Positions 23,040 to 33,799 are shown, counted from the first letter of the stretch. The stretch: DNA of 64,000 bases from a virus (IMGVR_UViG_3300018080_005856:32001-96000); one strand, 5' to 3'. The notes: generated by a model from the sequence alone, not told the origin. Numbers and translations are program-made.

Positions 23040-23743
23040 AAGTATCATTTCACATGGCAGAAAGTGTAAGATTCAGGGCCTGTGTAAATACAGCAAAACA
23101 CCTTACCGGTAGAAGAACTATCAACATATTCCATAGGGTAGTAGGATCTGAACCGTACCAAATAGATGCTTATAATAATCATTCAGCAACTACCGTGGAA
23201 AAGTACAAGGATATAATTGTAGAGTACCACGCTAATCTCATAGACTTATCCAGCAGATGTCAGATACTTGAAGATATCCATGGTGACCCCGCTACTCATA
23301 AAACTGAAGAGGACGCTCTCAGGCAGTTCGAAAACAGCCTGGTTGCCAATATAAGGATAGTAACAGACAACGACAAGAATATCCACATGTTCCCTATAAT
23401 GGAGATAGACATAAGCAACGATGTTATGTTCAGATTAAAGACAGGCTGCCGTACTATAAGAATGCTGTGCCCTAACAATTACAGTGGGGGAATGATAAGC
23501 CGGGACGGTGGCCTATTTGAAAGATTCATGGGAAATGTTTCTACTTCACATATCAAACCCATCTCAGCCGCAGATTGTTCTATTAAACTAAGTTACCATA
23601 TAGGAGAAATAGTCCATAGGGCTATAAAGTATACGATAACCGAGGGTATTAGGGCCCCCAGCTGGCCGTCGTGGGATAACTGGCGGGATACCTACGAATT
23701 CGTCAAAGGGGAACAAATAAATGTAGGGGTGCTTAAGATATGA
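23036..23743 (+). CDS. paralog family B protein 4
   Basis: IMEIDISNDVMFRLKTGCRTIRMLCP...ISRDGGLF. Confidence 0.75.
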   Translation: MKVSFHMAESVRFRACVNTAKHLTGRRTINIFHRVVGSEPYQIDAYNNHSATTVEKYKDIIVEYHANLIDLSSRCQILEDIHGDPATHKTEEDALRQFENSLVANIRIVTDNDKNIHMFPIMEIDISNDVMFRLKTGCRTIRMLCPNNYSGGMISRDGGLFERFMGNVSTSHIKPISAADCSIKLSYHIGEIVHRAIKYTITEGIRAPSWPSWDNWRDTYEFVKGEQINVGVLKI

Positions 23744-24426
23744 GAGTATCATTCTATCAGACAGAGCACATTGAAATATTAGCCGGTGTACAACGTCATG
23801 GATTGAACAATCAAACTCTAATACTCCCTAAAACAGTACGGTTATATGGTTTTGACCAGACAGACAATACCATTACTCTCCTAGTAACATACTACGCTGG
23901 CGATAAAAACACTATCTCGCAAACCAGGATCAGGATGGTGGAAGGATATGAAAAGGAATCACCGTTGTTTTATGACGCTTCCGAGGAGAGGCAGGCCTTA
24001 CGTCGGTTCTGGCATCAGGTATCTGAGACCATTAAGCCTATGTGGAATAGCGATAAAAATCGATATGAAGTTACTATAATGGAAATAGACCTTAGGGATG
24101 ATGTTATGGCTATGGTAAAAACCGGATGTAAACACCTCAGGATGGTATGCCCGGGATCATACTCCCGGGGGCTTATAGTAAGCGAGGACGGGGGTCCTTT
24201 TCTTAATAGGCTGCCCCCTGGGTTTTATTATCCCAACTATAGGTGGGGTGTTAGCCATCCCATGGTAGAGTGCCATAGGGACAAAGACATAGTAGAGGTT
24301 TTGTATAAGTCCGTGCGTGATTACCTGCCAGATGAGATTGAGATGGTATATTGGCAATGTTGGCTGGATTGGAAGAGTAGCTATGAAGAAGAGTTGGGCA
24401 TGTTGGAGAATCCTATCCCCTTATAA
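23740..24426 (+). CDS. paralog family B protein 5
   Basis: IMEIDLRDDVMAMVKTGCKHLRMVCP...VSEDGGPF. Confidence 0.75.
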   Translation: MRVSFYQTEHIEILAGVQRHGLNNQTLILPKTVRLYGFDQTDNTITLLVTYYAGDKNTISQTRIRMVEGYEKESPLFYDASEERQALRRFWHQVSETIKPMWNSDKNRYEVTIMEIDLRDDVMAMVKTGCKHLRMVCPGSYSRGLIVSEDGGPFLNRLPPGFYYPNYRWGVSHPMVECHRDKDIVEVLYKSVRDYLPDEIEMVYWQCWLDWKSSYEEELGMLENPIPL

Positions 24427-24438
24427 TGGAGGCAAATA

Positions 24439-24894
24439 ATGTCACGTGATCTTGAGTACGATAGAGACAGTTACGGTGACCCCTTCAATGCGTTCAGAGG
24501 AGATACTAAGATGTCCGCTTACCTGGATGTAGATTCTGGTATGTTTGATAATGTAATGGATAGGTTGTATATAGGGAGGGCTCGACATATCAAAGTAAGC
24601 TTGAGCCTTGTAATGTATTATACTGATAGTGTTTCCACGGCCATGTGTGATCTCAGCATTTCCAGGGCCCTAGAGATATATAATATAGAGATAGGAAAAC
24701 AAGAGATAGGAAAACGTAGATATGGGAATAGTAGACTTATATGGTATAACACTGAGTATAAGCCCCCGGTTAAAGGTTCATTTGCCTACAAATGTCTGGA
24801 AGCCGCAGCAAGAATAATAAAGGACCAATCATTGAGTAATGACACTATATTGGACATTGTATACGGTGGAAATAGTGTTATAAGAGTAAAATAG
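24439..24894 (+). CDS. hypothetical protein (possible truncated family B member)
   Basis: GGAGG RBS; LDVDSGMFDNVMDRLYIGRARHIKV weakly matches the family B motif. Confidence 0.65.
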   Translation: MSRDLEYDRDSYGDPFNAFRGDTKMSAYLDVDSGMFDNVMDRLYIGRARHIKVSLSLVMYYTDSVSTAMCDLSISRALEIYNIEIGKQEIGKRRYGNSRLIWYNTEYKPPVKGSFAYKCLEAAARIIKDQSLSNDTILDIVYGGNSVIRVK

Positions 24895-24903
24895 GAGAAA
24901 ACA

Positions 24904-25866
24904 ATGGACGATAATAAAGAACAGAACGAGCTCAAACATCTTGCTCACAATTATACCCCTTATCACGGCTCCGGGGGTACTACCACCCAGGTTTCCTCTG
25001 ATGATGATAAAGAGACCACAGCCAATATGGTACTGGTTAATCTCATGAAAAGAAAGAACGACCTGATAAGGAGCGAGATTCTAAGAACCATATACGAGGG
25101 AACCGGAGATGGTGATGATTATGTAGTAAGGGGAACCAAAGCAAGGAAGTTACTCGATAGTATATCGTATTCTAATGGTGAATGTTATCTGATGCGAGAG
25201 GTCTACGCCACGGACGAAGATTATGAAGAGATTATGTTATGGCCCGAAGAGGAAGCTTTGAAAATAGCATATGAGATCTTACACTGGCTTACATTACATA
25301 CCCCAGATTCCAAGGCTAAATATGAGAAGGAAAATCCTGGGTGTAATATTGCACATGGTGAAATGGCCAGTGGGATCACCCAGAGTACATGTCCATTCTG
25401 TGTACGAGAAACACTACACAAGCAAATTTCCTGTGTGATGTGTGGTTATGGTAAGAGAAATGGAATATGCGTACGTCAGTACTCACGTATACGGTTCCTT
25501 TCTACCATAATAAATATTAACGATGCTATAACTACGGAATCATATATAGCGATACGGGATGAAATGGAGAGGGATCTTTCTGTGATTTATGCCACCCGAT
25601 TCCCAGAACACCGTGATCGTATTTGCAAGCCTAGATACCGACCGCTAGAAGCAAAGGATCTTGATAGCGTCATGGGAAAAGTAATAGAACGCACATTGTC
25701 TTCTGGGTATACTGTAATGCATACCCTGTCGAGTGCTGTAGTGGATAAAGATGGAAAGCTGTTAAGCATTGCCAGTATAAGCATGAAAGACCTGGAAACA
25801 GAGGGATGGGTGTTCAGGGATACTCATGAACCTGTAGCCGTGAAAATTATCACCGGAGAGAAGTAG
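24904..25866 (+). CDS. hypothetical protein with Cys cluster
   Basis: CPFC...CVMC...GIC motifs; AGGAG RBS. Confidence 0.75.
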   Translation: MDDNKEQNELKHLAHNYTPYHGSGGTTTQVSSDDDKETTANMVLVNLMKRKNDLIRSEILRTIYEGTGDGDDYVVRGTKARKLLDSISYSNGECYLMREVYATDEDYEEIMLWPEEEALKIAYEILHWLTLHTPDSKAKYEKENPGCNIAHGEMASGITQSTCPFCVRETLHKQISCVMCGYGKRNGICVRQYSRIRFLSTIININDAITTESYIAIRDEMERDLSVIYATRFPEHRDRICKPRYRPLEAKDLDSVMGKVIERTLSSGYTVMHTLSSAVVDKDGKLLSIASISMKDLETEGWVFRDTHEPVAVKIITGEK

Positions 25867-25872
25867 GTTGAC

Positions 25873-26211
25873 ATGGAGATATTGTTCATAATTCTTGTTA
25901 TTATTTCAGCGGGATACATGTTTGTTTGCGTAACAAATAATAGACCGCCTACAAAACTCATTTATGCTATCATATCAACAGCGGTTCTCGTAGTGTCTAT
26001 ACTGTCAATATTATACATTGCTGTGAACCGTTATGATGGAATAAGTATATCAGAAATATCTGTAGATCATATATCAGAGGGGGATATGACAATAACGTTT
26101 GAGAAACCAACACTGTGTCGATTTACAGTAGAAGTATATAAGTCTTGGTCTTTTGTGGAGGACAGGATAATATCCATCCATGTGATTGGAGACAAGGAGG
26201 TAAGAAAATGA
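25873..26211 (+). CDS. membrane protein (2 N-terminal TM)
   Basis: Hydrophobic segments. Confidence 0.7.
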   Translation: MEILFIILVIISAGYMFVCVTNNRPPTKLIYAIISTAVLVVSILSILYIAVNRYDGISISEISVDHISEGDMTITFEKPTLCRFTVEVYKSWSFVEDRIISIHVIGDKEVRK

Positions 26212-26591
26212 CAATACTATCTGACTTTATAGAAACAAGGGGGCTGTATAGTGATATCAGGAATACAAGCGGAGATATAGCCGTAGAGTATAAGAAAGAC
26301 TTTCGTGGTATAGGTAGAATGTTCCTCAGAAGAGTAGCAGAAAGACTGGATCTGGTAGAATATAGAATATCCTACAATGCTGCAGGTATTGCCTGTTCTG
26401 GTGATCACATTCTAATGGGTATGAAAGGAGAGAAGGGCATATATGTTTCCTTCAACACAGACGGGATGAAGGAAATACTGTACCGAAGTATAACAGACAT
26501 GCAGGACTTCACAGGTGGCCAGAATAACTACGTGCCCATTGTAGCTGACTATGATGAGATTGTAAGTAAACTGGAGAAATTGCTTGAATGA
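26208..26591 (+). CDS. hypothetical phage protein
   Basis: AAGGAGGT RBS sets the start at 26208; NAAGIACSGD and DFTGGQNNY motifs. Confidence 0.75.
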   Translation: MTILSDFIETRGLYSDIRNTSGDIAVEYKKDFRGIGRMFLRRVAERLDLVEYRISYNAAGIACSGDHILMGMKGEKGIYVSFNTDGMKEILYRSITDMQDFTGGQNNYVPIVADYDEIVSKLEKLLE

Positions 26592-27364
26592 TACCCATAT
26601 TTTACGATAGTATGAACATTTCCTACAGTACTCCATATGATAACGTTCCGGACGAAGTCAGTTCAGATTCCGGTGTTACTACCAAAATGCTAAGGAATAT
26701 CCATAGGATAATTCCTGGGGAAATCAGGGTAAATGAAGGAGCTAGTCGGGATATTACAGTCAGCTACAATTACTCTGTAGGAGTATGTGTTACTACTCCT
26801 ATGGATGTAATGTTCAGAAACCATATTGGTATAATTCGCAATAACAGTTACCTAATGTGGATGACGGCCGACCAGGAAATACATGGTGATATATCTGGAA
26901 ACCTAACATATAGTCTAGCGGAAGGAGCACAGTGGCAGTTCCTGCAGTTGTGCAATATAGATAACAAGATAGATATGTTGAAAGTAATGTATAATCCCAT
27001 GGCCGCGAGTGATCCCGTTTCAGCAAGAATGCATACACAAAGACATTGTCTATCTGATAGTTTCCGCCAGTTTGTGCATAATAATGGTTATGGTATTAGT
27101 GATTCATTATTAAAGGCAGCAGCTACTGTGGAAAGTATCCTGGCCCCGTTTGCAATACGGTCATACAATAAAGAAGAAGGGGAGACAGGTACGGTAACGA
27201 CTTTGCAAGAGTTTAGTGAGCTGCTTGATCTGAAATATGGCGTATTGAAAAGGTGTTTATCTGGTTTATCCTGTGGAGTAAACGCTCTCAGGGCCAAAGA
27301 TGATATGAAAGAATGGAAGAAGGAAGCCGATAGCTTGGCTGAGTACTATGGGAGAAAGATGTGA
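26588..27364 (+). CDS. hypothetical protein
   Basis: 258-aa ORF with 4-nt overlaps at both ends. Confidence 0.7.
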   Translation: MIPIFYDSMNISYSTPYDNVPDEVSSDSGVTTKMLRNIHRIIPGEIRVNEGASRDITVSYNYSVGVCVTTPMDVMFRNHIGIIRNNSYLMWMTADQEIHGDISGNLTYSLAEGAQWQFLQLCNIDNKIDMLKVMYNPMAASDPVSARMHTQRHCLSDSFRQFVHNNGYGISDSLLKAAATVESILAPFAIRSYNKEEGETGTVTTLQEFSELLDLKYGVLKRCLSGLSCGVNALRAKDDMKEWKKEADSLAEYYGRKM

Positions 27365-27852
27365 TGAATACGGATGTATTACCATACATTGCAGTAGTAG
27401 ATGATTTAGTCCTGCATAAACGTGTCTTGGCTAGCCCTGTAGGCGCTCTTATTGCGCATAAAGAGTTCAAGTCGGTTTTATATGAGTGCCGTGACAGTAT
27501 AGACACCAGAGCACGTACCTTATTATCAGAAGAGTTTGCCCCATGTGACGTGTCGTTTGGAGAACCTGAAGCGAATATTCTGCGTGATCATCTTATTTCC
27601 AAGATATATAAGTTGTTTATTCCAAGCATGGAGTGTGCAAAAGCAAGGGGGCTGTTGACAGAAAACTATGAGATAAGTATAGATTATCACAGGTTCCGGA
27701 ACGGAGATATAACAGATAATAAGAAAGTGATGAGACATCTCAATGAAGATATGAAAAACACATGGGTTAAAGATATCCTTGAAAATGAGTACTGTATCGT
27801 AGATCTCATTACTGTGTCAATACATAAAGAAGGAGAGTTACATAATGCCTAA
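27361..27852 (+). CDS. hypothetical protein
   Basis: 163-aa coupled ORF. Confidence 0.7.
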   Translation: MMNTDVLPYIAVVDDLVLHKRVLASPVGALIAHKEFKSVLYECRDSIDTRARTLLSEEFAPCDVSFGEPEANILRDHLISKIYKLFIPSMECAKARGLLTENYEISIDYHRFRNGDITDNKKVMRHLNEDMKNTWVKDILENEYCIVDLITVSIHKEGELHNA

Positions 27853-28294
27853 AGATCATGAGAAAACCGAAAGCACGATGGAGAGATACCATCATCTTAC
27901 AGAGAGTATAGGGCAGTGGCGGAGAGCCATGGATCTATTACACTCAGAATTATGCAATCTTATAACTGATCAATTGAGAGTCCTGAAGATGCCGGCCATA
28001 AAGATAGATCTTACTATAATAGAAAAGACGGAAAGTGAGCCGGAACCGGATGACCTCCTGTCTGTAGTAAATCTGGACAGGCTGGTAACAAGTGGACTTG
28101 ATACCAAGGAGATAGAGGTTTCATTAGAGTGGAAATATGGTGATGATGATTGTGATGAAGACCGATACAGTATAAGACTAGAGGAATTAACCATAGACGA
28201 GTTGCATAAGCTATCTACACAGATTATACTTGGAGAGAAGGCACCATATCATAGTAACAATGATGATGAAGGTCTGGAATATACTGAACAATAG
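27845..28294 (+). CDS. acidic hypothetical protein
   Basis: AAGGAG RBS. Confidence 0.7.
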   Translation: MPKDHEKTESTMERYHHLTESIGQWRRAMDLLHSELCNLITDQLRVLKMPAIKIDLTIIEKTESEPEPDDLLSVVNLDRLVTSGLDTKEIEVSLEWKYGDDDCDEDRYSIRLEELTIDELHKLSTQIILGEKAPYHSNNDDEGLEYTEQ

Positions 28295-28321
28295 TAGGAT
28301 GCATTAAATGGAGGTGAGACT

Positions 28322-28675
28322 ATGATGGATATATGTTACTTTATGGCAAACAATATAGAGGGCCTGGGTGAGGTTCATAAGTTCCCTCTCTACGCATCAC
28401 CAGAAGGATATGTATTTGAATGCCAGGGTTGGGCTACTCAAGATGTAATAGACAACAACGTAGACGACCCCGTAATGACAGAGTGGTATATCTTTGCGGA
28501 GACATATAAGGAAGGAGAGGTAGAGTATTATGGTGCTATATCATCTCCCGAGGGAATAAAACTATGTCATTTCAAGCATTCAGATCTCAAGAAGATCCCA
28601 CATATTCTGATAGAGAGGGACGTGAGGATACTGAATGATATTCAGCCCCCGGAAACATGGAGAAAGCTAGGCTAG
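28322..28675 (+). CDS. DUF2958-like protein
   Basis: FPLYAS...EWYIFAE...YYG...IERD pattern; GGAGGTG RBS. Confidence 0.55.
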   Translation: MMDICYFMANNIEGLGEVHKFPLYASPEGYVFECQGWATQDVIDNNVDDPVMTEWYIFAETYKEGEVEYYGAISSPEGIKLCHFKHSDLKKIPHILIERDVRILNDIQPPETWRKLG

Positions 28676-29442
28676 CCGTATATTTTGCCGTTTACTATAG
28701 CTTTACCATATCTGAATAATACAGGTTGATAGAGAAAGTTATTCCCGACTTTAGGAAGATAAAAGATTCCAGCCGATGCCGACCAGTTGCTTGTAACAGG
28801 ATGTTTCATATAGTTATCTTTATGATCGATATCCTCAAAGGTGCCCAGTTGTATCGCGAATAGTTCCCCTCTCATGTGTTTATGTATTTCCACACCGGTA
28901 ACATGTGTATGATACCGTACTACGGAGATCCCATTAGTTTGTACTAACTTTCTGACACGATTTGAGGGACAATCGCCACTTCCGTTCTTATCATCACCAT
29001 GCATAAAGAATATAGTGTTCTTCCATACATATTCCTTCATGGCTTCCCATCCTAGTTCTTCCAATTTCAGCAACTTGGCACCGTCGGTAGCGTCAAGATC
29101 TTCCAGCCATAGTTCTCCCTTCTTCTTACTCTCTAACCTTCTCCAAAAGTGGTTATCCTTGAGAAGTATCTTCCTCGCTGCCGGCGCCGCGGCGTTCACT
29201 TGAGTCATCCAGTTAAATGCTAGATCCAGTTCATATTGTAGTCCTGTTAGCTGGTAAGAGTTCTTTGGGTACATTGACAGACAATCGGCACATATTATAT
29301 CTCCCCCATCCAAGATAGTATCAGGCTCTATATCTTGTATAATTTCCAAGAGAAGATTACATGCTTTCTTATCATGTCTTGGTATATGAATATCTCCGTA
29401 TGTAAACAGTATCCTGTAATCATCTCTTATAGATTTTGCCAT
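28672..29442 (-). CDS. calcineurin-like metallophosphoesterase
   Basis: GDIH, GGDIIC, DNH (variant of GNH), MHG and YHTH motifs. Confidence 0.85.
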   Translation of the reverse strand: MAKSIRDDYRILFTYGDIHIPRHDKKACNLLLEIIQDIEPDTILDGGDIICADCLSMYPKNSYQLTGLQYELDLAFNWMTQVNAAAPAARKILLKDNHFWRRLESKKKGELWLEDLDATDGAKLLKLEELGWEAMKEYVWKNTIFFMHGDDKNGSGDCPSNRVRKLVQTNGISVVRYHTHVTGVEIHKHMRGELFAIQLGTFEDIDHKDNYMKHPVTSNWSASAGIFYLPKVGNNFLYQPVLFRYGKAIVNGKIYG

Positions 29443-29464
29443 TACGTTACTCTCCTATGATATA

Positions 29465-32400
29465 TTAGTTACATGCGTTATATAGTCTGTTCAATGTAGA
29501 TGATCCTGTTGTGTAGAAATGTCCCCCTCTACGTTGCTGATTGAACATGAACTCCCTTGATATTAGTTCTAGTTTCTCATCATGCCCACTCGGTCTTTGT
29601 GTCCTTGTTGAAGCAGGAACCGGCATTATTGTAGGAGTTGGTAGAAGAGAAGAAGGGGATACAGCCTTTGTTCTTGATCCTACTAGGAACATACCCCCCG
29701 CTTCTGTTAATCTGTCTGCTGCTGATCTTGTGCTTACTGTGAATTCTTCTGGGCTCAGTGTTGGTGAAACCATTTCGTCGAAAACTATTCCAGGGTATCT
29801 ATCGGAGAGTCTTGTAGTATTGTTCTTTATCTCTTCATAATAAACATCGTTGACCTTTGCTCTCCGATCAAATGACCTGCTTACCCTGGGATCCTTTCTC
29901 GTGTTGAATCCCATCTCCATCTTTGTTCTGACCTGTGATGGCCTCTCTCTGGTCTTTGGGATTACTGGCACTATGGAAGTAGCGTCCAACAGATCTCCAG
30001 CTTTCTTCCCTACAGTTGACTGGGTGATACTCGACAGTTTCTCTCTTGCAGTATCCATAGTAGACTTTAGATCTGACTCGGCCAGTTGACTTTCCTGGGC
30101 ATACTTCCCCACTTTGGCTTTCTCTGATCTTAATGTTGTAGCCAACTTCCCTTTTGATGCATTATACAGCTCGGCAGATTTGGATTGTATTTCTCTGGCA
30201 GCTGACTCCACGTGTTTTATGGCCTTTGCCATTGGGGCGGTGCCCATTACTTCCGATGTCTTCTTAGCTATGTCTTCAGCTAGGCCTGTAACGGTTTGCC
30301 ATAAATCGCTTCTTAAGAATACATTTCTGGCAGTGTTTATAAGACCCTTCCATTCCTTTAATACTTCCTCTGCTGGTAAGCTTCTCAGACCTTTGAATAT
30401 TGCGTGTGCCTTTTCTATTGGAGAACCCATAGGACTATGCGCTTTGTAACCCATCCTCAGTTGTGACTCTGGCTCAATAGAAGGGGACGAACTACTCCAC
30501 TGTACTTTCTTTAATCTCTTAAACCTCTCCTGTCTTTCTCTTATGCTCCTTCTTATGTCCTTGTCACTTTTGATATGTGGTAATATGCCGAACGTAGCAA
30601 TGCCTGCTATCCCACCAGCTACTATATATCTTGGGTTCTGTATAGCAAGGTCTGCTCCTTTTATGAGTTTCTTAACCTGTTCTGACACACCTACGCCAGT
30701 GCTTTTCAGTATATTATTGAATTCCCCTCTGCTCTGGTTGGCGCTGCGACCTATCGCAACAGAATACATGTCTTTGAAATAGCTTCGGAATGCCTTAATG
30801 TGGCGGTTTACTGTTTCTCCTCTTCCCAGTACTTTCCTCCACCTGGAACCAAAGTCACTGTACATTAATCTTCGTGATACCGTATATATGGAGGCGTGTG
30901 AACCGTCATCTACTCTGTCCCGGTTGTGAGTAAGATAGAACTTCAGTTTCTCATACTTATTCTGGATTGCGGTCCTTACATTGTTTGCTCCAGCTATATA
31001 TGATAGTAGTCCTGCTATCATAAGGGTACCAACTGGAAACCTTGGAGCCCCTCTCCTAGCCTTCCCAACAATGGTGCCAAACGAGTTGTTCTTTGCCACC
31101 TGGGCCAGGAACATATCAGGACTGGACTCTAGAAGATTTCTATCCGTTAGTGCTCCTGTTATGGCTTTAAGAGGTAGGTCTTTTGTGTTTATGCCCATCC
31201 GTATAAGCTTATCATTGGATGTATTCAGGAGATGGCGGGTAAACTCGGTGTTTAGAGAATCTTGTACAGCTACTCCTACGTTTCTATCTATAGTTTTACT
31301 ATATTGTCTTAAAGCAAATTGGAAGTCGGATTCAAGTGTGGGATGGTTCTTTCCATACTTGCCCAGTGAGTAACCTAGTTCTGATAACCTTTTCTCTGTA
31401 TTAGTCATCATCAGTTTGTCAAGATGAGCAGCCAGTTCTCTATCTTTGAAAACGTTATCCAAGACCGTTTCAGTAGCAAAGTCTTTCCCTATATCGAAAG
31501 ACTTGGCCAGGTTCTCTATATATGTAGTAGAGTATGCCTGTATGTTCCTCCTTACCTGTGGACTCATCCACCTAGCGGTTGCTTCTGGATCTAATATGTT
31601 GAACATTAGCTTGGACCTAGCTGCAGCTGCACTTGCTTTTAGCCGGTCTTGGAAAAGACCTCTTCTATGGTACTTAAGGGCCTCTATGTCATTTGACAGA
31701 ACGTTGGCATCGCTCTCTGCAGTAAGTCTTATTACATCGGGGCTGAGGTCGAACTCCTCACTAAGTTCCCGCATACGGGTCTTGGTGAATTCCTCTTTCC
31801 TCCAGTTCCGTGACCTCTGGTATGTCTTCGAACTTTCCGCTATCTTCTGCTGGTCATCTACGTTCTTCAGCATATGAAGCTCAGAATCAAGGAACCTTTC
31901 ACCGTTCGAGGTACGCCTTGCTTCTTCAACAAATGTCTTGAACCGGCACTGATATCTCATCGGGCAGCTTGCGCAAGCGTAGGGATTACATGCCCCTTTC
32001 TCCATCTTTAGTAGGGCTTTCAGAGAACTTGCTTTCTTATCTCTAGTAAGGAGGGTAGTCCCCTCTCTCATTGTTGATGTTGTTCGTGATACTGCGTCTG
32101 CTACCTGTGACCGCAGTAGTGCATAATCTTCCTGCCTGCTGAATATAGTTGAGACTTTCTTACGCCTTGGTGCGTCTACACCGTTATCTTGATATATATC
32201 GTAAGTAAATTTGATAGTGTTTATATCGGGTCGGTTGTCGAATATAGAAAGAGCATATACCCTGGGTTGTATCTGTTCTTTCGGGTCTTTCAAGACGGAC
32301 AACAGGTCACTGCCTATATCGGCGCCCCTAGCCCGGGCATACTTGTAGTCTACTATCTCAGCTACGTCAGAATTGTCATAATGAAGTAATAGGTCTGTTA

Positions 32401-32896
32401 TACCTGCTGCTTGTTCTTTGAGAGGGAGTGTCATTGTACGAACTGGTAACTCTGTAAGCAGCGATAGTCTACCCCCTGATCTTAGGAACCGTTTACCATA
32501 GTCCCTTACCATCTTCTTGACAGCTCGACTTGGTTCTGCTAAAGCTGCTTCGCCCAAAGGAAGATGTTGTCTCAGAGCTTCCTGAGAATATGCTGTGGCT
32601 TCATCAAGTAACCTTTTTACATTGCTAGCACCAGGGAAAGTCTTGTCACTCTCTGCTGTTCTCTTTAAGAATCCTAGTCCGTCTTCTATGGCTTTATGAA
32701 CTGCTACCCCGTATGCATCAGCTGTGGATTTAACGTACGCATCATATGTTGATGTTCCGAGACGTTGCATCATTGCCCTAGCTGGACAAAGGTTCATTGA
32801 CGTCACAAATGACGGGGATATATCTCTGCTTGTACTTTTAGGAAAGGATTCCCAGGGGGTCTTTAGGGTTGTGTTTTCGTGAAATAAATCTGCCAT
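29465..32896 (-). CDS. large protein with N-terminal PD-(D/E)xK (Cas4/RecB-like) nuclease and long helical C-terminus
   Basis: SPSF...CPAR, GITDLL, IVDYK, QPRVYAL and CNPYACASCPMRYQC in aa 1-320; two hydrophobic segments later. Confidence 0.75.
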   Translation of the reverse strand: MADLFHENTTLKTPWESFPKSTSRDISPSFVTSMNLCPARAMMQRLGTSTYDAYVKSTADAYGVAVHKAIEDGLGFLKRTAESDKTFPGASNVKRLLDEATAYSQEALRQHLPLGEAALAEPSRAVKKMVRDYGKRFLRSGGRLSLLTELPVRTMTLPLKEQAAGITDLLLHYDNSDVAEIVDYKYARARGADIGSDLLSVLKDPKEQIQPRVYALSIFDNRPDINTIKFTYDIYQDNGVDAPRRKKVSTIFSRQEDYALLRSQVADAVSRTTSTMREGTTLLTRDKKASSLKALLKMEKGACNPYACASCPMRYQCRFKTFVEEARRTSNGERFLDSELHMLKNVDDQQKIAESSKTYQRSRNWRKEEFTKTRMRELSEEFDLSPDVIRLTAESDANVLSNDIEALKYHRRGLFQDRLKASAAAARSKLMFNILDPEATARWMSPQVRRNIQAYSTTYIENLAKSFDIGKDFATETVLDNVFKDRELAAHLDKLMMTNTEKRLSELGYSLGKYGKNHPTLESDFQFALRQYSKTIDRNVGVAVQDSLNTEFTRHLLNTSNDKLIRMGINTKDLPLKAITGALTDRNLLESSPDMFLAQVAKNNSFGTIVGKARRGAPRFPVGTLMIAGLLSYIAGANNVRTAIQNKYEKLKFYLTHNRDRVDDGSHASIYTVSRRLMYSDFGSRWRKVLGRGETVNRHIKAFRSYFKDMYSVAIGRSANQSRGEFNNILKSTGVGVSEQVKKLIKGADLAIQNPRYIVAGGIAGIATFGILPHIKSDKDIRRSIRERQERFKRLKKVQWSSSSPSIEPESQLRMGYKAHSPMGSPIEKAHAIFKGLRSLPAEEVLKEWKGLINTARNVFLRSDLWQTVTGLAEDIAKKTSEVMGTAPMAKAIKHVESAAREIQSKSAELYNASKGKLATTLRSEKAKVGKYAQESQLAESDLKSTMDTAREKLSSITQSTVGKKAGDLLDATSIVPVIPKTRERPSQVRTKMEMGFNTRKDPRVSRSFDRRAKVNDVYYEEIKNNTTRLSDRYPGIVFDEMVSPTLSPEEFTVSTRSAADRLTEAGGMFLVGSRTKAVSPSSLLPTPTIMPVPASTRTQRPSGHDEKLELISREFMFNQQRRGGHFYTTGSSTLNRLYNACN

Positions 32897-32911
32897 GCTA
32901 GTACCCGTATG

Positions 32912-33799
32912 TTAAATTTCATCGTCACTACCATTATCCTCCACTATCTCGGCATCTACAACGGTGCGATTTTCCACTCCGGATACTACTTTCTCCAGCC
33001 TATCTACAAGAGCTGCCGTTCTGGCCAAAGCGTCTTGGCCAGCTTTCTTCTTATACTTTTCAGCCATTTCAGGAGTAGCAAGAAGTTGACGGTATATCTG
33101 GTCCCTCTGTCTCCTTACCCTCTCCTTTATACGTATAGAAATGGCCTCCTCCTCCTTGTAGTACACCTCTCCAGTTTCTTCATTTACTACCGTAGGTACC
33201 TGGGTTGAAAACCCTTCAGCTGCAAGAGTACCATCAGCCCTCATGGATAATAGGTCGGCCTCTATTAGACCCATGATAAGGTTGTGTGGTATTATATCCT
33301 CTTTAAGCCTTTCAGGTTCTGTTCCTAGTCTTTCAGATACTGAGTCTACATATTCATCATACAACATTGTAACCATCTTTGATTCTATAGGGCATCTTTC
33401 TCCCACTGGGGCCCGGCCTATGATATCATATGGGCAGTTGTCTTTGTTGGAACATTTAGGACCACATACTTGTATTATAGCATTAGCAAGAGTATTTCTT
33501 GGGGATGTTATAGCCTTGCTTAGTTTCTTCAGGACAGACAGGGTCCACTTATTATCCCTGAAGAATTCCTCTCCGTATATACTTATTATATTATCCTTCA
33601 TATATGCGGGGATCTTATAGTGGGGAACAACTCTGTTTGGATCCTTTACACGATACACAGGTTCATCTGATTCCAGCTCGACAGTGATTATTTCCTCTGT
33701 TATGTCGGCATCTCTTATACTGGGAACCTGAGAATCTTCGTGCTCTAGATTCTCATTTGTTCTCCGCTGTCTCTTGGTTTTAGTAGGTTGATCTGGCAT
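32912..33799 (-). CDS. Cys-cluster protein, possible terminase small subunit
   Basis: CGPKC...CPY...CPIE, helical C-terminus, near terL; function is a guess. Confidence 0.45.
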   Translation of the reverse strand: MPDQPTKTKRQRRTNENLEHEDSQVPSIRDADITEEIITVELESDEPVYRVKDPNRVVPHYKIPAYMKDNIISIYGEEFFRDNKWTLSVLKKLSKAITSPRNTLANAIIQVCGPKCSNKDNCPYDIIGRAPVGERCPIESKMVTMLYDEYVDSVSERLGTEPERLKEDIIPHNLIMGLIEADLLSMRADGTLAAEGFSTQVPTVVNEETGEVYYKEEEAISIRIKERVRRQRDQIYRQLLATPEMAEKYKKKAGQDALARTAALVDRLEKVVSGVENRTVVDAEIVEDNGSDDEI

